Source of the DNA: Vicugna vicugna
Taxonomy: Eukaryota
Assembly (NCBI GenBank): GCA_013265495.1
Contig: MU058531.1
Span: 798,678 to 862,677 of the forward strand
Reading direction: 5' to 3'
Length of the DNA stretch: 64,000 bases
The notes under the pieces: model-generated
Seen by the model: only the letters and a program-made list of their open reading frames with translations
Database searches by the model: none
What the model was told of the DNA's origin: nothing
In this document: positions 39,383 to 53,130 of the stretch, piece by piece
Position numbering within the stretch: position 1 is the stretch's first letter
Layout of the letters: every line of letters starts with the position of its first letter
Translations under genes and position numbers: made by a program

Positions 39383-41200
39383 TTTTAAAATTTAGATTGA
39401 ATTACAATACACACACACAGAAGTGTGCACACATCATTAATATTTAGCTTGATACGTTTTCTTTGTATGAACACAACTTTGTAACCAGCACCTACACCCA
39501 GAAATAAACAATGTGGGGACCACGGGAGCTTCTCTCATTCCACCCCCAGTCCCAACCACTCCACAAATGCACACACTATACCATTTTCTAACAGCATGAT
39601 TGGTTTTTGTCAGTTGTTCTGCTTTAAATAAGTGGAATCATACAGAATACTCTTTTTTCTCCCTGATTTCTTTTATTCACCATAATTATTTAGAGATTCA
39701 GGCAAACTGCTGTATTTATCACTAATCCATTCCTTCCCATTGTTGAACAGTATTCCATTCTACATGGATAAATGAGAAAACAAATTATGAACTATCTGTT
39801 GATGGACTATTGGATTGTTTCTGGATTTTGTCTATTGTAATTAAGTTACTATAAATAGTTTGTGTACAAGTCTGGGGAAGAACATGTGTATATATGTATA
39901 CATGGGTTTTATGGTAGGTATGTATGTAACATTGTAAGAAGTAGCCACAGTGTTTTCCCAAAGTGAGTGTATTCTTTTACATCCCCAGCAGAGGTGTATG
40001 AGAATTCTAGTTGCTCCATGTCCTTGCCAATACACGGTGTGGCCAGTTACTGTAATTGTAGTCACTGATGGGTATATATTACATTATGGTTTAAATTGTG
40101 CTTTCCTGATAACTAATGATGTCGAGTATTTTTATATGCTTATTTACCATTTGTGTATCTTCCTTGGTGATGTCTATTACTCAGTTTTCTTATTAGGCTG
40201 TCTTTTAATAATAATAACTCTACAATAATTCTTTTATGTTTTTTGAATATTTGTGCTTGAGTTCTCTCTCCATTGGTGGCCTTTCAAAAATAAATTATTT
40301 TCATACTGGTGACTTTTAAAGAGGAAAGATTTTTCATTCCCATTAAATTTAATTCACAAATTAAAAATTTTATGTTTATACTTTGTGTTTCCTATTTAAG
40401 AAAACTTGCCTACTTCAAAGCCACAAAAATATTCTTTTTTCTCTGTATAAATTTTAGATTTTACATTGAGGTCTATGATCCAATTTCTAAATTTTTGTTT
40501 ATGGTATGAGATAAGGATCAATTTTCATTTTTTTCCCCACATAGATATTCAGTTGAGTGGTGACATTTGTTGAAAAGACTTTTTTCTCTTTTAAATTACC
40601 TTAGAAATTTGTCAAAAATCGGTTGGTCAAATGCTAGATCTTCTTCTAGGCTTCCTCTTCCATTCCACTGATCTCTTTGTCTACCTCTTCACCAACATCA
40701 AACTATTTCAATTGTTGTGACTTCAAAGTAAGTCCTAAAATCAGAATAACTTCTCTAACTTTGCTATTCTATTTCAAAATTACTTTTGATACTCTAGAAT
40801 CTTTGCATCTCCAAATAAGTTTTAGAATCAGCCTGTCAACTTCTATAAAAATCTTGATGGAATTTTAACTGGGTTTGTATTAAATCTATAGGTCAATTTG
40901 GTGAGAACTTAACTTTACAATATGAGTCTGTCAATCCATGAACATAGCATATATTTGTCTATTTATTTAGGACCTCCTTAATTTCTCACAATGTTTTGCA
41001 GTTTTAAATGTCAAGCTATTGAGTGCCTTTTGTTGAGATTTATTCTTAGGTAATTTATATTTTTGATATCACTCTCAAAGGAATTTTAAAAATTTCACTT
41101 GGAATTATTTGTTGCTAGTACATAAGAATACAATAGATTTTGCAAATAATAACCATGTATCCTGCATCCTTGATAAGTGTTTTTGATTCTGCTAGGTTTT
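39383..41200 (-). mobile_element. Old L1 (L1MC/ME-like) 3' UTR and ORF2, antisense
   Basis: Antisense L1 motifs 'tcccagcagaggtgtatgagaattctagttgctccatgtccttgccaa', 'atttgttgaaaagact' and 'aatctataggtcaatttgg'. Confidence 0.88.
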
Positions 41201-41759
41201 TTTTTCTTTTTTGCATATTCTTTGAATCTGATCAAATGTAAGCGATTACACAGTTCCCACCTATGTAAACATTTATCAGCCAATAAAGTGCCACTTATCA
41301 TCTGGTGACTGATAGAAGAAAATGCAGGGTAGAGGCTACTGAGCTTAGTCCTGGAGCCACTTGAATTTCCCAACTCAACTGAACAGTCGTGGCCGTCAGA
41401 TTCTCCGACTCCTAGTTCTCATATGAGAGGCTCCTCTTTTCTCTCCTCTACTATCAAGTGCCCTTCAGACTGAAGGCCACCAACTGCCCTATGTTAGTCA
41501 TCTTATCAGCCCTCTTCAAGCTGGGGAATGAGTGTGGTTTCTGGCACGCATTCAGAAAACAGCAGTGGGAGTCCTCTTATGTCTGTCCTTCTTGGGGAAA
41601 GAAAAAAAAAAAAAAAGAGCCTTTGTAGTACTAATGTCCCAAATACTCTGCTCAGTGATGTGGCGGCTTGAGGTGGCTGCTCCCTTAAGTCACGCAAAGG
41701 AGTATGAGAAAAATCGAGTTCCTGTTGCTGTGTCCTCCTGCAGTGAAGGCTCCCTCAGA

Positions 41760-42227
41760 CTGTGGGGCCTCCCCAGGACAGACCCCCTGCCCCATATTCT
41801 CTGCTGTGGCTCCTCCTTAAAGGACCCACGATAGTATCTCACATATAGTTCCTGAGTTTTTCAGATGCTAAAAATCGCCACCAAATGGAAGAAATTAACT
41901 ATCTGATGATCGTTGAGCACATGGCCCCCAGACCTTTGGGAGCCTAGGGGTTGATAGTGTTGACTGCTCTGTTCCCTCTACATCAAATCAATCAGAATTG
42001 TGAATGAGCTGACCACGTACCCTGCAATCCCCACCCCCCACGCTCCCCACCATCGCCAAAACTGGCCTTTAAATATGCTCTTCAGGGGGTTCAGGGTTTT
42101 CTCAGGCATGAGCCACCCTGTCCTCCTTGCTCAGCCCTGTAATAAACCCTTCTCTGCCCCAAACTCCAATATTTTGGTATTTTTTGGCCTCACTGTGCAT
42201 CAGGCACACAAACCTGCGTTAGTAACA
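41760..42227 (+). mobile_element. ERV solo LTR (family B, copy 1; first ~17 nt missing)
   Basis: Ends agtaaca, AATAAA near 42141; aligns with the reverse complement of 59390-59857. Confidence 0.85.
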
Positions 42228-42578
42228 AGATCTCTCAAAGTGGAATAACTGCTCTCTCCTTTCAGCCCAGCTGTAACCTGTATACACATCCATTTTAATA
42301 CCTGTAACCGTCCACATGTTAATGACTACTGGTCTCCCTCTAGGAGGAGGCGATGTTAGGGAGGGAGGAAGTTGTTTGTCTTCTATTTATCCAAAATATT
42401 TACCTCACTGTTTGACACATAGTAGGTCCTCAGTAAATTTGTTAGATTGAATACTTTTACATCCTGAGGTTCATTGTAGAAATGGTTGAGAAAAAAAATA
42501 GTCACTAGTTATTACAGAACATACAGATACAGAAAGAGTAGCCTTTTGATTTTTCATAGACAAGAAAGAAGAATTAAA

Positions 42579-43072
42579 TGTATTAGGGTTCTCCAGCCAA
42601 AGAACCAGTAGTATGTGTGTACAGATACATACATATGTATGGGATTTATTATAAGGAATTGGCTCAGTCATTAAGGCCGACAGTCCCAAGATCTGCAGTG
42701 GGCAAGCTGGAGAATGGGAGAGCTGGTGGTTAAGTTCAGACTGAACACCAGCAGGCTGAAGACCCAGGCATCGCCAGTGTTTCAGTTGGAGCCTGAAGGC
42801 GTGGAAAGGCCTCTGCCCTCTGTCCCAGTTCACAGGCACTCTGGCAGTAAGTCCCTCAGGTTCAGGCGAGTGACGGTCAGCCTTTTTGTTCCATTTAGGC
42901 CTTCCACAGAATGAGGGCCACCCATGTAGGGAGGGCAATCTGCTTGACTCAGTCCCTTGATTTAAATGTTCAACTAATCCAAGAACACCCTGACAGAAAC
43001 ACCCAGAATAATGTTTGACCAAAAATCTGGGCACCCTGTGCCTAGTCAGGTTGATGTACAATATTAACTGTT
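42579..43072 (-). mobile_element. ERVL LTR (MLT2-like)
   Basis: 'tgtattagggttctccag...gatttattataaggaattggctca...cacccagaataatgtttgaccaaa..tctgggcacc'. Confidence 0.88.
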
Positions 43073-43434
43073 AAGTATGTAAAAGTCCTAAGTGAATAGA
43101 ACATCGCCTCTCCTCTCACATTCACTCATTCAAACACGTAATAAGCAACTACTGTGTGCCAGGCATTATGGGATTCTCTCACTTCCATCTCTTTTCTCTC
43201 TCATAGGGTCTAACCCGGCTCTCTGCAAAGGTGGTGGGTGGCACCCACGTGGTAGAAGGGCCAAGTGAGCTGGGGCAGCACAGACATGATCTGGAAACAA
43301 CCAGAATGAAAACGCCGCCGCCCAGCCTGCAAACAGGACTCTCCACTCTCATTTTTGTTTCTAGGCAATCCTGCAAGGGAGAAACTCTTTCCTCCCAGTG
43401 AAATCAAAGAAAGCCTTACTTGGAATGATTCACA

Positions 43435-43605
43435 CAAGGGTTCTCAAACTGGGATGTACTTTTAAAGTCACCCTGGGAGCTGTAAAAAACCACTTACGTC
43501 TGAGCTCCAATTAAATTAGAACATCTAGGGGTAGAGCCAAAGCATTCATACTTTTTAAAAGTTCCCAAAGTGATGCTGATGTGTAGCCAGAATTGAGAAT
43601 CACTG
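43435..43605. mobile_element. MER5-like hAT-Charlie MITE
   Basis: 'caagggttctcaaact...ttgagaatcactg' terminal inverted repeats. Confidence 0.8.
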
Positions 43606-44389
43606 ATTTATACAATCCTGCTCTTTAGCAGACATGTTAGGCTCTTGATTATAATTATCCAAGTGCTCACCTGTCTGCTCTGCACTATCACATACATCAT
43701 TATGCTTTCTTGCTGGGGCAGAAATATGGCGAAGATGAGAAGCAGTTCTGTTAACACACGCCTGGTTCTATTAAACTGTCCAACTGGTCAGCGGGGAAAA
43801 AATAAATCAGTCCAGTGTCACTGCTGAAACCTAGCATCGGTCCGAGATTCAGTGGCTCATGCATGTGTGTTGGCCTCTTCCCAGAACTATCCCCACTTGC
43901 TCTGTTCTTCCCTCCCGGTGCTGCTCAATGAGAGCCAAACACCAACGTCTGATCCAATTGCTTGGTTCTCTCTCACCCGAGTTTGTCACCAATTTTTCAA
44001 AGTAAAGGGTAACATTGTGCAGCTTGCTTATTGTGCTGCGGTAACACTGCAGACTCCTCAAGGTCAGATGCAATGGATTCTCTGCTTACAGTCAAGGCAG
44101 CCCAGGTACAGCGGGGGAAGGAACCTGATTTATGCCAAACGGGTACCACAAAGATGCAGAGATGGAGTGTGAAAAACGTTCCTAGACGCTACCGAGACGC
44201 ACACCAGTGCATGTGCTGCTGCTGGGGCCAGGAGGGGGGATTTCACGGTGGGAGGCAACCAAGGCCAAAGCCTCCCTCTGTCCCAGTTCCTGTCTTGCAT
44301 AACTAATAGGGTGAATTCTGAGAGTCTCAGGACATGTAGGAGGAATACACCTGTGTAATTTAAGAACACAGGCCACCCCCATGAAACAG

Positions 44390-44580
44390 CCCAGATTTGA
44401 ACATTGTCATTACTTACCTGTGTGACTTTGGGCAGAGTATTTAACCTCTCTGATTTATCTTCCTCACAGCTAAGAAAGGGGCTGACGATAGTGCTTGTCT
44501 ATTAGAGTTATTATTATAATTATAGGACATAAAGCATGTGAAGAGGTTAGCACAGTCCTCAAGTAAATGTGAGTTATTCT
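44390..44580 (+). mobile_element. MIR SINE
   Basis: 'ctgtgtgactttgggcagagtatttaacctctctg...gttagcacagt'. Confidence 0.7.
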
Positions 44581-45334
44581 CTATGCAAATGTTACCTTCC
44601 AGAAGTACATGCATTTTCCATTATATTAGTGACTGAGGAATTCTCACATCCCACTGGAGTCTGGGCTGCCTCTCATGAGTACCAGCTACTAGCTTAGCCA
44701 CACCACACCCTGGGCCAGGAGAAGCCACCTCATGCCCTCATCATCTCATACCACTAGCAGCAGGTGGGCCCAGTCCTATGTGGTGACAACTTCCTGCCAT
44801 GTCTAATGCGCTTGTGGCACCCTCTCTACTGGTTTCCAATCCAAATTACTCCCTCTGGCTCATCTCAAGGACCGAATAAGCCCTATACCCCAGCCAGTTC
44901 CTTGGAAGGCTTGAACCTTTCACCTAATTCACACAAACTCCTCTCCTCTGGAGAGCACATCTATGACCAATACCATCCATCTTCAGCCCTCCAAGTCATG
45001 ACTCAGCAGTCCTTCCAATCAGACTTCTTCCCAAGAGGCCACTGTCCCCAGCCTACATTGGACTCATCTCTCAAACTTGTAATTGAACCGCCAGGCTACC
45101 TATGAGTCTGGTGTCCTAACATATGTCCCCACATTCCTTATGAGGAGAAGGAGCTACTTTAACTGGTCCAGCTAGATCACTCATCTCAGAATCTTCAGAC
45201 TAACCTCTATCTTGAATTGGTAACGAAGTTTTATTCTCATTTATTCATTTTATGCTTACCTACTATTTATGATACAATATCTTTTTTTAATTTGCAGCCA
45301 TGAGAAAACATTTCCTTTAAGAATTTTTTAAATG

Positions 45335-45550
45335 GAGGTGGGAAGGGACAGATTGGGACTTCAAAATGTAGAACAGATAAACAAGATAATACTGTATAGC
45401 ACAGGGAAATATATACAAGATCTTATGGTAGCTCAGAGAAAAAAATGTGACAATGAATACATATGTTCATGTATAACTGAAAAATTATGCTCTTCGCTGG
45501 AATTTGATACATTGTAAAATGATTAAAACTTAATAAAAAATGTCAAAGAA
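45335..45550 (+). mobile_element. Young 5'-truncated L1 3' end (camelid-type)
   Basis: 'ggaagggacagattgggacttcaaaatgtagaa..ctgtatagcacagggaaatatatacaagatcttatggtagctca' with TSD aagaattttt(t)aaatg (45319-45334 / 45551-45565). Confidence 0.85.
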
Positions 45551-46499
45551 AAGAATTTTTAAATGAGTCAACTTAAAAGGTTATCAAAGAAATTAGAATG
45601 CAGATATATTCATGTTGCAAAATTTGTAAAGGTGATATAGAAACTGAAATTCAGCCCCAGGTTTTACAAATGAAGAAATTGATGCCTGGGGACCTGATGA
45701 AGATACTGATGCCAATGGTCACGTTTGGTTGATGGTGAAACTAGGAAAAGAACCAGGCCTGTTAATCCTGGTTCAAAGCTGTTCGATAATTCCATTAGAA
45801 TTGGGACAACACAGAAGAGGAACACAGTGGGTCTCTGTGTGCTCAAACATCCTAGTCACAACTCCTACACCTACTTCACACCTAGTTGGGAGACTTTAGT
45901 GCAGCGTTTTAAAATGGACTTCCTTCTCTGTAAATCTTCTAGGTTGTATGTGAGCAGTTAGGCATTCATTTCAGAAATCAGGAGATCAGTGAGTGTATTA
46001 TGGTATAGTGAATATTTTGCAAATCAGAAAATACGAAAAATGTTTTTGAAATTAAGCAGTCATCCTCAATTACCAAATAGCATAATTACACCCAACATTG
46101 CAACTTTTTTTCGCATTGACAACTTCTCAGTTCTCATTAGAGAATCAAATGACTAAGGCAGAAAGCTTCTTTTGCTAGGAGATTAATACATCTTAAGAAT
46201 GAAATTCTCCAACACCAGACACATCAGGTAGTGTTTTTCTGCCACATACAGAAAAGAGCTGGATACATATTTCACTCTTAAAGAATACTGTTTTCAAATG
46301 AGAATATGCGCTCTTAAGATACCACTTCTTTCCACCCTACAGAATATTCTTTCCAGCTGGTTGATTGATGACCAGAGATTTCTTATTGCCTGGATTCTTT
46401 AGGGTCATTCTGACAGTTTATCAGGTGTGGCCCAGATGCAATCACAATTCACAAACATCAGTGTACCGTGTCCAAGTCTACTACAGTTTTAACCAACCA

Positions 46500-46860
46500 A
46501 TATTAGTTACTATTAGTGGAAATTCTGCTAAGCATCTTGCATGCATTATTTCATATACTCCTCATAACGCCCCTGTGACCCCTGTCTTACACATAAGGAA
46601 TTCAAAGCTTAGAAGAGTAAAGTTCCTACCTAAAGGTACAAATTAAGAAGCTGCAGGGGGAGGGCATAGTTCAATGGTAAAGTGTGTGTTTAGCATGCAC
46701 GAGGTTCTAGGTCAATCCCCAGTGCCTCCTTAAAAAAATAAAAAATAAACCTAACTACCTCCCCCCACCAAAATAAAGAAATAAAATAAGAAGTTGCAGA
46801 ATTAGGATTTGAATATACAACCTTCTGACTCCCAGAAGCAAACAGTTAACCACAAACTAA
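46500..46860 (-). mobile_element. MIR SINE interrupted by a VIC-1-type SINE
   Basis: 'ctaagcatcttgcatgcattatttcatatactcctcataac' before the SINE and 'ggatttgaat...ctgactcccagaagc' after it. Confidence 0.7.
46657..46786 (+). mobile_element. tRNA-Ala-derived SINE (camelid VIC-1 type)
   Basis: 'ggggagggcatagttcaatggtaaagtgtgtgtttagcatgcacgaggttctagg..aatccccagtgcctcc', the same tail as the copy at 19512, and TSD taagaagctgcag / taagaagttgcag. Confidence 0.9.
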
Positions 46861-47119
46861 GAATTTGCCACATCAATTCAATGTTCTGTGCCAGGTAAGG
46901 GGGGAGACAACTCAGACCAAACCATAATTTGCTCAACTCTTACAGGCTATTTCTAAACTTTCACCAGATTGATAATGGTGTCCAAAAAATAAAGGCTTTT
47001 TAAAAAAAAATCAACATCTTTAGGGAAGAAAAACTAGTAACATTCACAATATAGCCATTTTTAAAATTAAAATATGCAATTTTATAAAATTATAGAATAA
47101 CTAACTAATACTTAATAAC

Positions 47120-47580
47120 TGCTGTTGATGCTTTCAAAAATTACTGAACATAGTGACTTAAAACAATACAAACTTGTTCTCTTACAGTTCTGGAGGTCCG
47201 AAGTCCAAAATCAGTCTCACAGCTAAAGTCAAGGTGCGGGCAGGGCTGACTTCTTCTGGAAGCTCTCAGGGAAAACTTGTTTCCTTGACTTCTCCGCTTC
47301 TAAAGGCCTGCTTGCAACGCTTGGTTCACAGCTCTTTCAATCCTCCAACCTCTCACTCCCAACTTCACGTCTCCTACTGACTTTCGGTCTCCCCCCCACC
47401 CCCACCCTTATAAGGACCCCTGTGATGATATTGGGCCCACCTGGGTAACTCACGCTTCTCTTCCCATCTGAAGATCCTTAATTAAATCACATTAGTGAAG
47501 CCCCTTTGCTGTGAAAATATTCACCGATTCTGGGAGTTAGGATGTGGGCATCTTCAGGCCATTGTTCTGTCTGCCACAGT
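47120..47580 (-). mobile_element. MaLR LTR (MLT1B/C/D-like)
   Basis: 'cttaaaacaatacaaacttgttctcttacagttctggaggtccgaagtccaaaatcag...attctgggagttaggatgtgggcatct'. Confidence 0.85.
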
Positions 47581-50500
47581 GACCAACATTTACGTTTTTT
47601 TAGTTACAACAAAAATTTTTTAATTAATTGGAAAGGAATCTAACCTTTACTGTAATCTCCTGTGTCCAACTTCCAATTATTTTGTGGTTTTCTTGAGCTT
47701 AAATTCATGGCTAAGCGATTTTTTTTCCTTCTGGTTAGAAACTTTCTAGAGCATGTGGGTGCAAGGGCTGTGGCTCTGCTCTGGGTTACTGAACAGCTTG
47801 AATGCGCATGTGTTTAGGAACCACTGTGATAGGTGATATTTTAAACCTGTTTCCTCCAAACGATTAGAATAGGGCCTGGTCTCTAGTAAGAAGTAGTCTT
47901 AAATCTGCAGCAGGAAAAAAAAAGTAGGGATTATAATATGCCGAGGGTGGTCAAATCAATTCATTTACTACTAGCAGTTCAGTAATAAGTGAAGGAGCGA
48001 AGAGGATTAAAGGAGGAGAGAGAGGAAAACCTGCAGTTTCTTGATTGAACCAGTTAATCACGTTCTGATTAGAACGCGGATAGCAAGAAAACACGTGCCC
48101 CACATTCCTGTGAATTTTGTCTTCTAACCGTGGGAAAAAAGAGATCCTCACTTCTAAGAGGCCCTTGACATGGGACTGGATGCCAACAAACCAACAAGAA
48201 ACAAAACAAACAAACAAAAACTTAGCAAAGTCTGAGTCAGGCAAGCTCATGCAGAAATGTATTTGCTTTTTTTTTTTTGCTTCTCCTTTGAATTGGTATT
48301 TGGAGAACATCCGCTCACTTAATGCTCTAAGGAGAGATGGACAATCTCCTGATACCTCCATCTGATAAGAAAAGAGCCCTACAAGGGTTGTTACACAGAT
48401 AGAGCTATGTGTTTTGAAGGTTCAAGTTGCTGCTTCTAAAAGAATCGAGTGACACTGAAAATACATTTGTAAAGAGATTAACACAGTGCGAACACTGGAA
48501 ACTCATTTTACCTGAATGTTTTTTTCAGGTTTGCTTGTAATAGCATTTCAATGCACGTATTCATCTCCTAGGAAGGCATTAACTAATACATAATGTTACT
48601 TTATTAAGAAGCTATGATACAGCTTCTTAAAAAATAATCAAATGTGAAAATACATACAAGATGCTTTGAAACAGCTAGCCATACCTAATAAAATACTTGT
48701 ATTACCCTAATTAGAATTCCTTTATGTGAGTGAAGAGAGAAAAAGAAAGAGGGCTTTTAGGCTAGTAGTTCCCAAAACTTGCTTCAGTGCTTCTCAAACT
48801 TTAACGCATGTACAAAACATTAAGAGAATCTGCAGTCTGGTTATCCTGCCTTGCAAACACCATCTGTTTCAGTGATGGACAACACTAGTTTTAAATCTCA
48901 TCTTGGGATCATTTTGACTCCTCTAGGAAAACTCTCTCTGAAACTGACCCACTGCACCTGGCTCTGGCTTTCTCCCCACCCACCCCCAGGTGTTCTCCAT
49001 AGTCCTGGCCTCAGAATCTGACTCAGGCTGCACTGCCGGCCTCCGTTTCCCATCCTGTCTTGGCTTGCTCCCTGGTTGAGCTTCTCTGATGCAACTATCC
49101 CTTCTGAGGCCAAGTGTCTGTTTTTCAAGTTCTTTTTACCAGTCTCCCAATTTTGAGACTGTACCTTTAATCAGACATTATTACTCAAAAGACATCTCAT
49201 GCTTTATCTTCCTTCTCCAAGAATAGTCTTCAACATGCCAGGAAGAGTCTTACACCTCTTACCCTAGCAGTTTTACCAATCTTAGAAGCCCTCTGCTTAA
49301 AGGGGCTTTCTTTTTTATTCTTTTTGGGAAAAGTTTTTAAATGCAAATATGTTTTGAACAGAACACAACTGTACTTCAGAGAATATGTGAAGAAATATAA
49401 GAATTTTAGCACTGAAATGAAGAAATGGAGTTTGATTTGGATGTAAAAGTCTAAACCATTTACACCAGTTTTTCCCTATAATCTGAGGAAATGAAGGATT
49501 GCTCTGAATTATGCAGAGAACGTATATGAATGTGAATCCTTCTAACACAAGAGCCATGTCCTACAATTTCATTATATTCTACTGCATCCCACTATGGTAA
49601 GGCACAAAGCTGCAACTTACATGGGGCTGAAATTCTAAAGTCAGTACGCTAAGCAAATAATTAGAACTGCAATTCAAATTATCCTTGAAAATGTCTTTGT
49701 CTATAAATTACAACACCAGCTGTCAGGAAGTCCACCAGAGTCAGTTTTGTCCTCCAATATTGAACAGACAGCTAGAGTTTGGGAGGGAGAAAGATCAGTG
49801 TAAATAGGTGGACTGTATTTCAGAGTCCATGTTGAACTTAAAAAAAAATACATGCACACACACGGACATGTATTTTATAAACGGTTAGATGCTCACACTG
49901 TGAGAGATATATGAGACTTGAAACCCACTAAGTGATCATCATACTCACCTCTTCCATCTCATTTTTCCTTTGGCTCATAAGCCAGACTGGCAGATGGACT
50001 CACTTGCGATATTAAAATTTGCTCTTTCTCTATTCCTGTCTCCTTTCATTGCCAAGTGTTTAACCACTTAAATTCACTACAGTTAAATGTGTATCTGGTG
50101 CGACTCCACTGTACTGTTTCAGGAAAGCGTCACATGCCATTACTTCCAGAGTCATCAAGGAAGTAAGAGTATGTGGAGAACTGGGAAGGTTACCAGATAG
50201 GAGTCGGGAACGCCTGGTCCTGATCCGGATCTGGCACTAACTTGCTATGTGACCAAGAGCTTTGTGAGCTTGCTGTGTGTCAAAATCCAGTGGACATCTC
50301 TGGAGCCCAGTTCCCTCACCTGTAAAATGATTTTTGACTCTGAGACAGGTGACTTAATCTGTTACACTAAGAGATAAAACCAACCAGGTAAAATCTGACT
50401 GCTTCCAGAAAATGTAAAAAGGTTGGGGACAAGTGGGATTGATGCTTGGCTCCTGTTCCTCAGAGAGCAACCGGTTTCCCTGCACCTCTCTCAGGTGTTT

Positions 50501-50862
50501 CCTAAGACCCCGCCTTCCTGTTCCTTCCACCAGCTGCACCCTGCACTCATGGCTCTGTGATGTCATGGGTCCAGGGGGTGACAGTCCTGAGCTCTAACCT
50601 TAACTCTTTCCCTTGCTACCAGCATAAACCTTGGCAACTTACCTAAGCTCTCTCTAATTCAATTTCCTCATGTGTGCAACAGAACTAATAACAAGTATTT
50701 AACCTACATGTGTAATAATAGATGGTGTTTTTGTTAAATATAGAAGATAACATATTAGGCCCAGTTATTTTGTGCCCCTTGGGGTCATTCAAACATCCCA
50801 TAAGCAGCAAAACTGCTAACTTAAGCAAATAATAATAATATATTGGAACTCTACAGAGCGAG

Positions 50863-51376
50863 TGTAATAGGGAAGGACAAATCTGACTCCGCGTTAGATC
50901 TGTTCCTTTAGCTCTAAACCTGTGCTCGGTTCTCTTGTGCCTAGTCACGCTGGTTCTGTACCTTTTGCTAAAGAATGCTGTCTGTAGCCTGATGTATACA
51001 GGACAGCCCGTTCTCAAGGTTCTGACCTTTAAGGGTATAACACTTTTCTATTCATATAGAAAGTTGCAGAACAGGGAATAACATTTGTCTTGTTGGAGGT
51101 TTACAGGGACATCATGACCTGACCTCTGTGGACAGCTGCAAGATCAAAGGATTCTGACACCAAGAAGTTTGCCACAACCAACCACACTGCCTCCCTTTTT
51201 AGTATGAAAGGAACCTGAATTCTGACTTGGGGAAGATGGTTCTCCAGGACATTAGTCTGCCATGTTCTTGGTCTGCTGGCTTCCTGAATAAAGTTGTTAT
51301 TTCCTTGCCCCAACATCTCATCTCCAATTTATTGGTCTGTCATGTGGTGAGCTGAACAAGTTTGGACTTAGTAACA
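50863..51376 (+). mobile_element. ERV1-class solo LTR (family A, copy 2)
   Basis: tgtaatagg...agtaaca termini, AATAAA near 51288, TSD cgag/tgag; homologous to 16401-16910. Confidence 0.92.
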
Positions 51377-52931
51377 TGAGCTCATAAAACTGAAGAGAGA
51401 ACAACCAGACCTTAGAAAGACTGGACCCAGGGCAGATCTGGGCATCCCCATAGCAGGGCGAGCATTCCTACCTGGGTATCTGCCCCATCTGCCTTCTGTG
51501 TTCAGGATGGAAACCTTTGGCAGAGTTAACCCAACTGGCCTAAGCTTGGATCAAACAGCATCTGGTCGAAGGGAAAGAGCCCTGTGATGTAAAACTCCAT
51601 TCAAGCTGCATAGAGTGAAGAGGGGTGAGCACTTCAAAGGAAGGAAGGGTGCATTGTTACTAGAACAAGACAAGGGATGTTGCTGGGCATGAGAAGCCAG
51701 ATTCCATACCCAGTCCTGGGAGTCACCATCAATGTCACACAAAGGTTAAGTCCTCCTAAAAACTCATTTTTATTTAAACGGCCTATCCAATGGTATCACC
51801 CTCTTGTTATATCCTTGCCATGACCCTTCCCACTCTGCTACCTGCATCCCTTTTGGGCCTTTTGTGGTTCCAGCCAGTTTCCTGTTGAAAAGCCATGCTG
51901 AGTTGAATTGCCTTTAGGGGCAAAGCGCCTTATGTAGGTTAACTGGGCCATAAAACACCATCAATCTGGCGGGTAGGCCTAAGGGCCCCAAACATAAGAC
52001 TTTTGGTTTTTCTTATTAATAGAACCATACAAACTCCACATAATTCATGAATAAGAAATTTTAATTCTGCGATCTTCACCCAGAAACACACAAAGAAACT
52101 CAGACACCAGAGCAGGAGTGTAGCCTCTCCTTCATGAACCCCCTCCCTCCCTCCGTGAACTCCCTTGTGCTACCCGAACAGCTGTCGCAGGCTCAGTCTG
52201 GTCTTCTGAACCCTCCATGACATCAGGCTAGACAGTACCATCAGTGCTATATTTAGCCATGAGGGAATTAGGAGACGAGAGAAATCAGGGGCAAGAGAGA
52301 CCAAAGCAAACAGTGCAGGCTGTTCTTTGTCATTTTTCTTGGCAAAACAAGGAGGTGCTTGGTTTATATATTTAGGCTCAAGCACTCCAGATCCTAATGT
52401 GAACCTTCTGAGTGATGTCTTGTGATTCATTTAATCCGTGGCCTCCTCCCACCCAGCACAAAACGCCTGGCTGAAAATTCACACCCGTAACTCACAAGTC
52501 GGGGACTGTGACTCAGTCCTGTTCAGTTTTCAGTGTCACAGAACCACTGGAAGTCAGGCTACCTGGGTCCTCATCTAACTGCCGACCACCGCCTCACTTG
52601 AGGGGTGTTGCTTTCCTTCTGTGGGTCTCAGTTTTCTCATCCCTTGAGTGAGGATGCTGAAACCACGTTTCGAAGGTCCTTTCCTTCCTGTTTCAATGTA
52701 CATGAAACTGGGTCAGAAGGATTCCTCTAGGAATAAATGCTCCCAGTGTTCAGGGAACCCAATCTTCTCCTGGGGAGGAAACATGTGAAAATTAAAAAGG
52801 GTTCCACTTTCCCACCTTGATTTAACTGGGGTGAAGGCTGAAAAGGGCGCCTGCTGAAGTTACCTGTGAACTCTGGAATACCATTCTTTGTGGGCACGGG
52901 TTCTACAGCATTTGGGATGACAATAAAAATT

Positions 52932-53130
52932 AGAGGTCGGCAAACCTTTCCTGTAAAAGGACAGGTAGTAAATATTTTAGGCTATGCAGGCCCACTGTCT
53001 CTGTTGCAGCTACCCGACCCTGCCTCTGTAGTGTGAAAACAGACACAGACGACACCTAAACCAGTGCTGTGTCCAGCACAGAAACAGGCGGTGGGGATTT
53101 CACCCACAGGCTGCAGTCTGTTGGCTTCAA
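52932..53130. mobile_element. MER58-like hAT-Charlie MITE
   Basis: 'gaggtcggcaaacctttcctgtaaaaggacaggtagtaaatattttaggctatgcaggccc'. Confidence 0.8.

Noticed and set aside
42471..43061. 196-aa ORF
   Set aside because: Lies almost wholly inside an MLT2-like LTR; no domain resemblance.
16401..51376. One giant 35-kb provirus or LTR-bounded cassette
   Set aside because: Each LTR has its own distinct TSD and no adjacent PBS; the interior is ordinary ancient genomic DNA.
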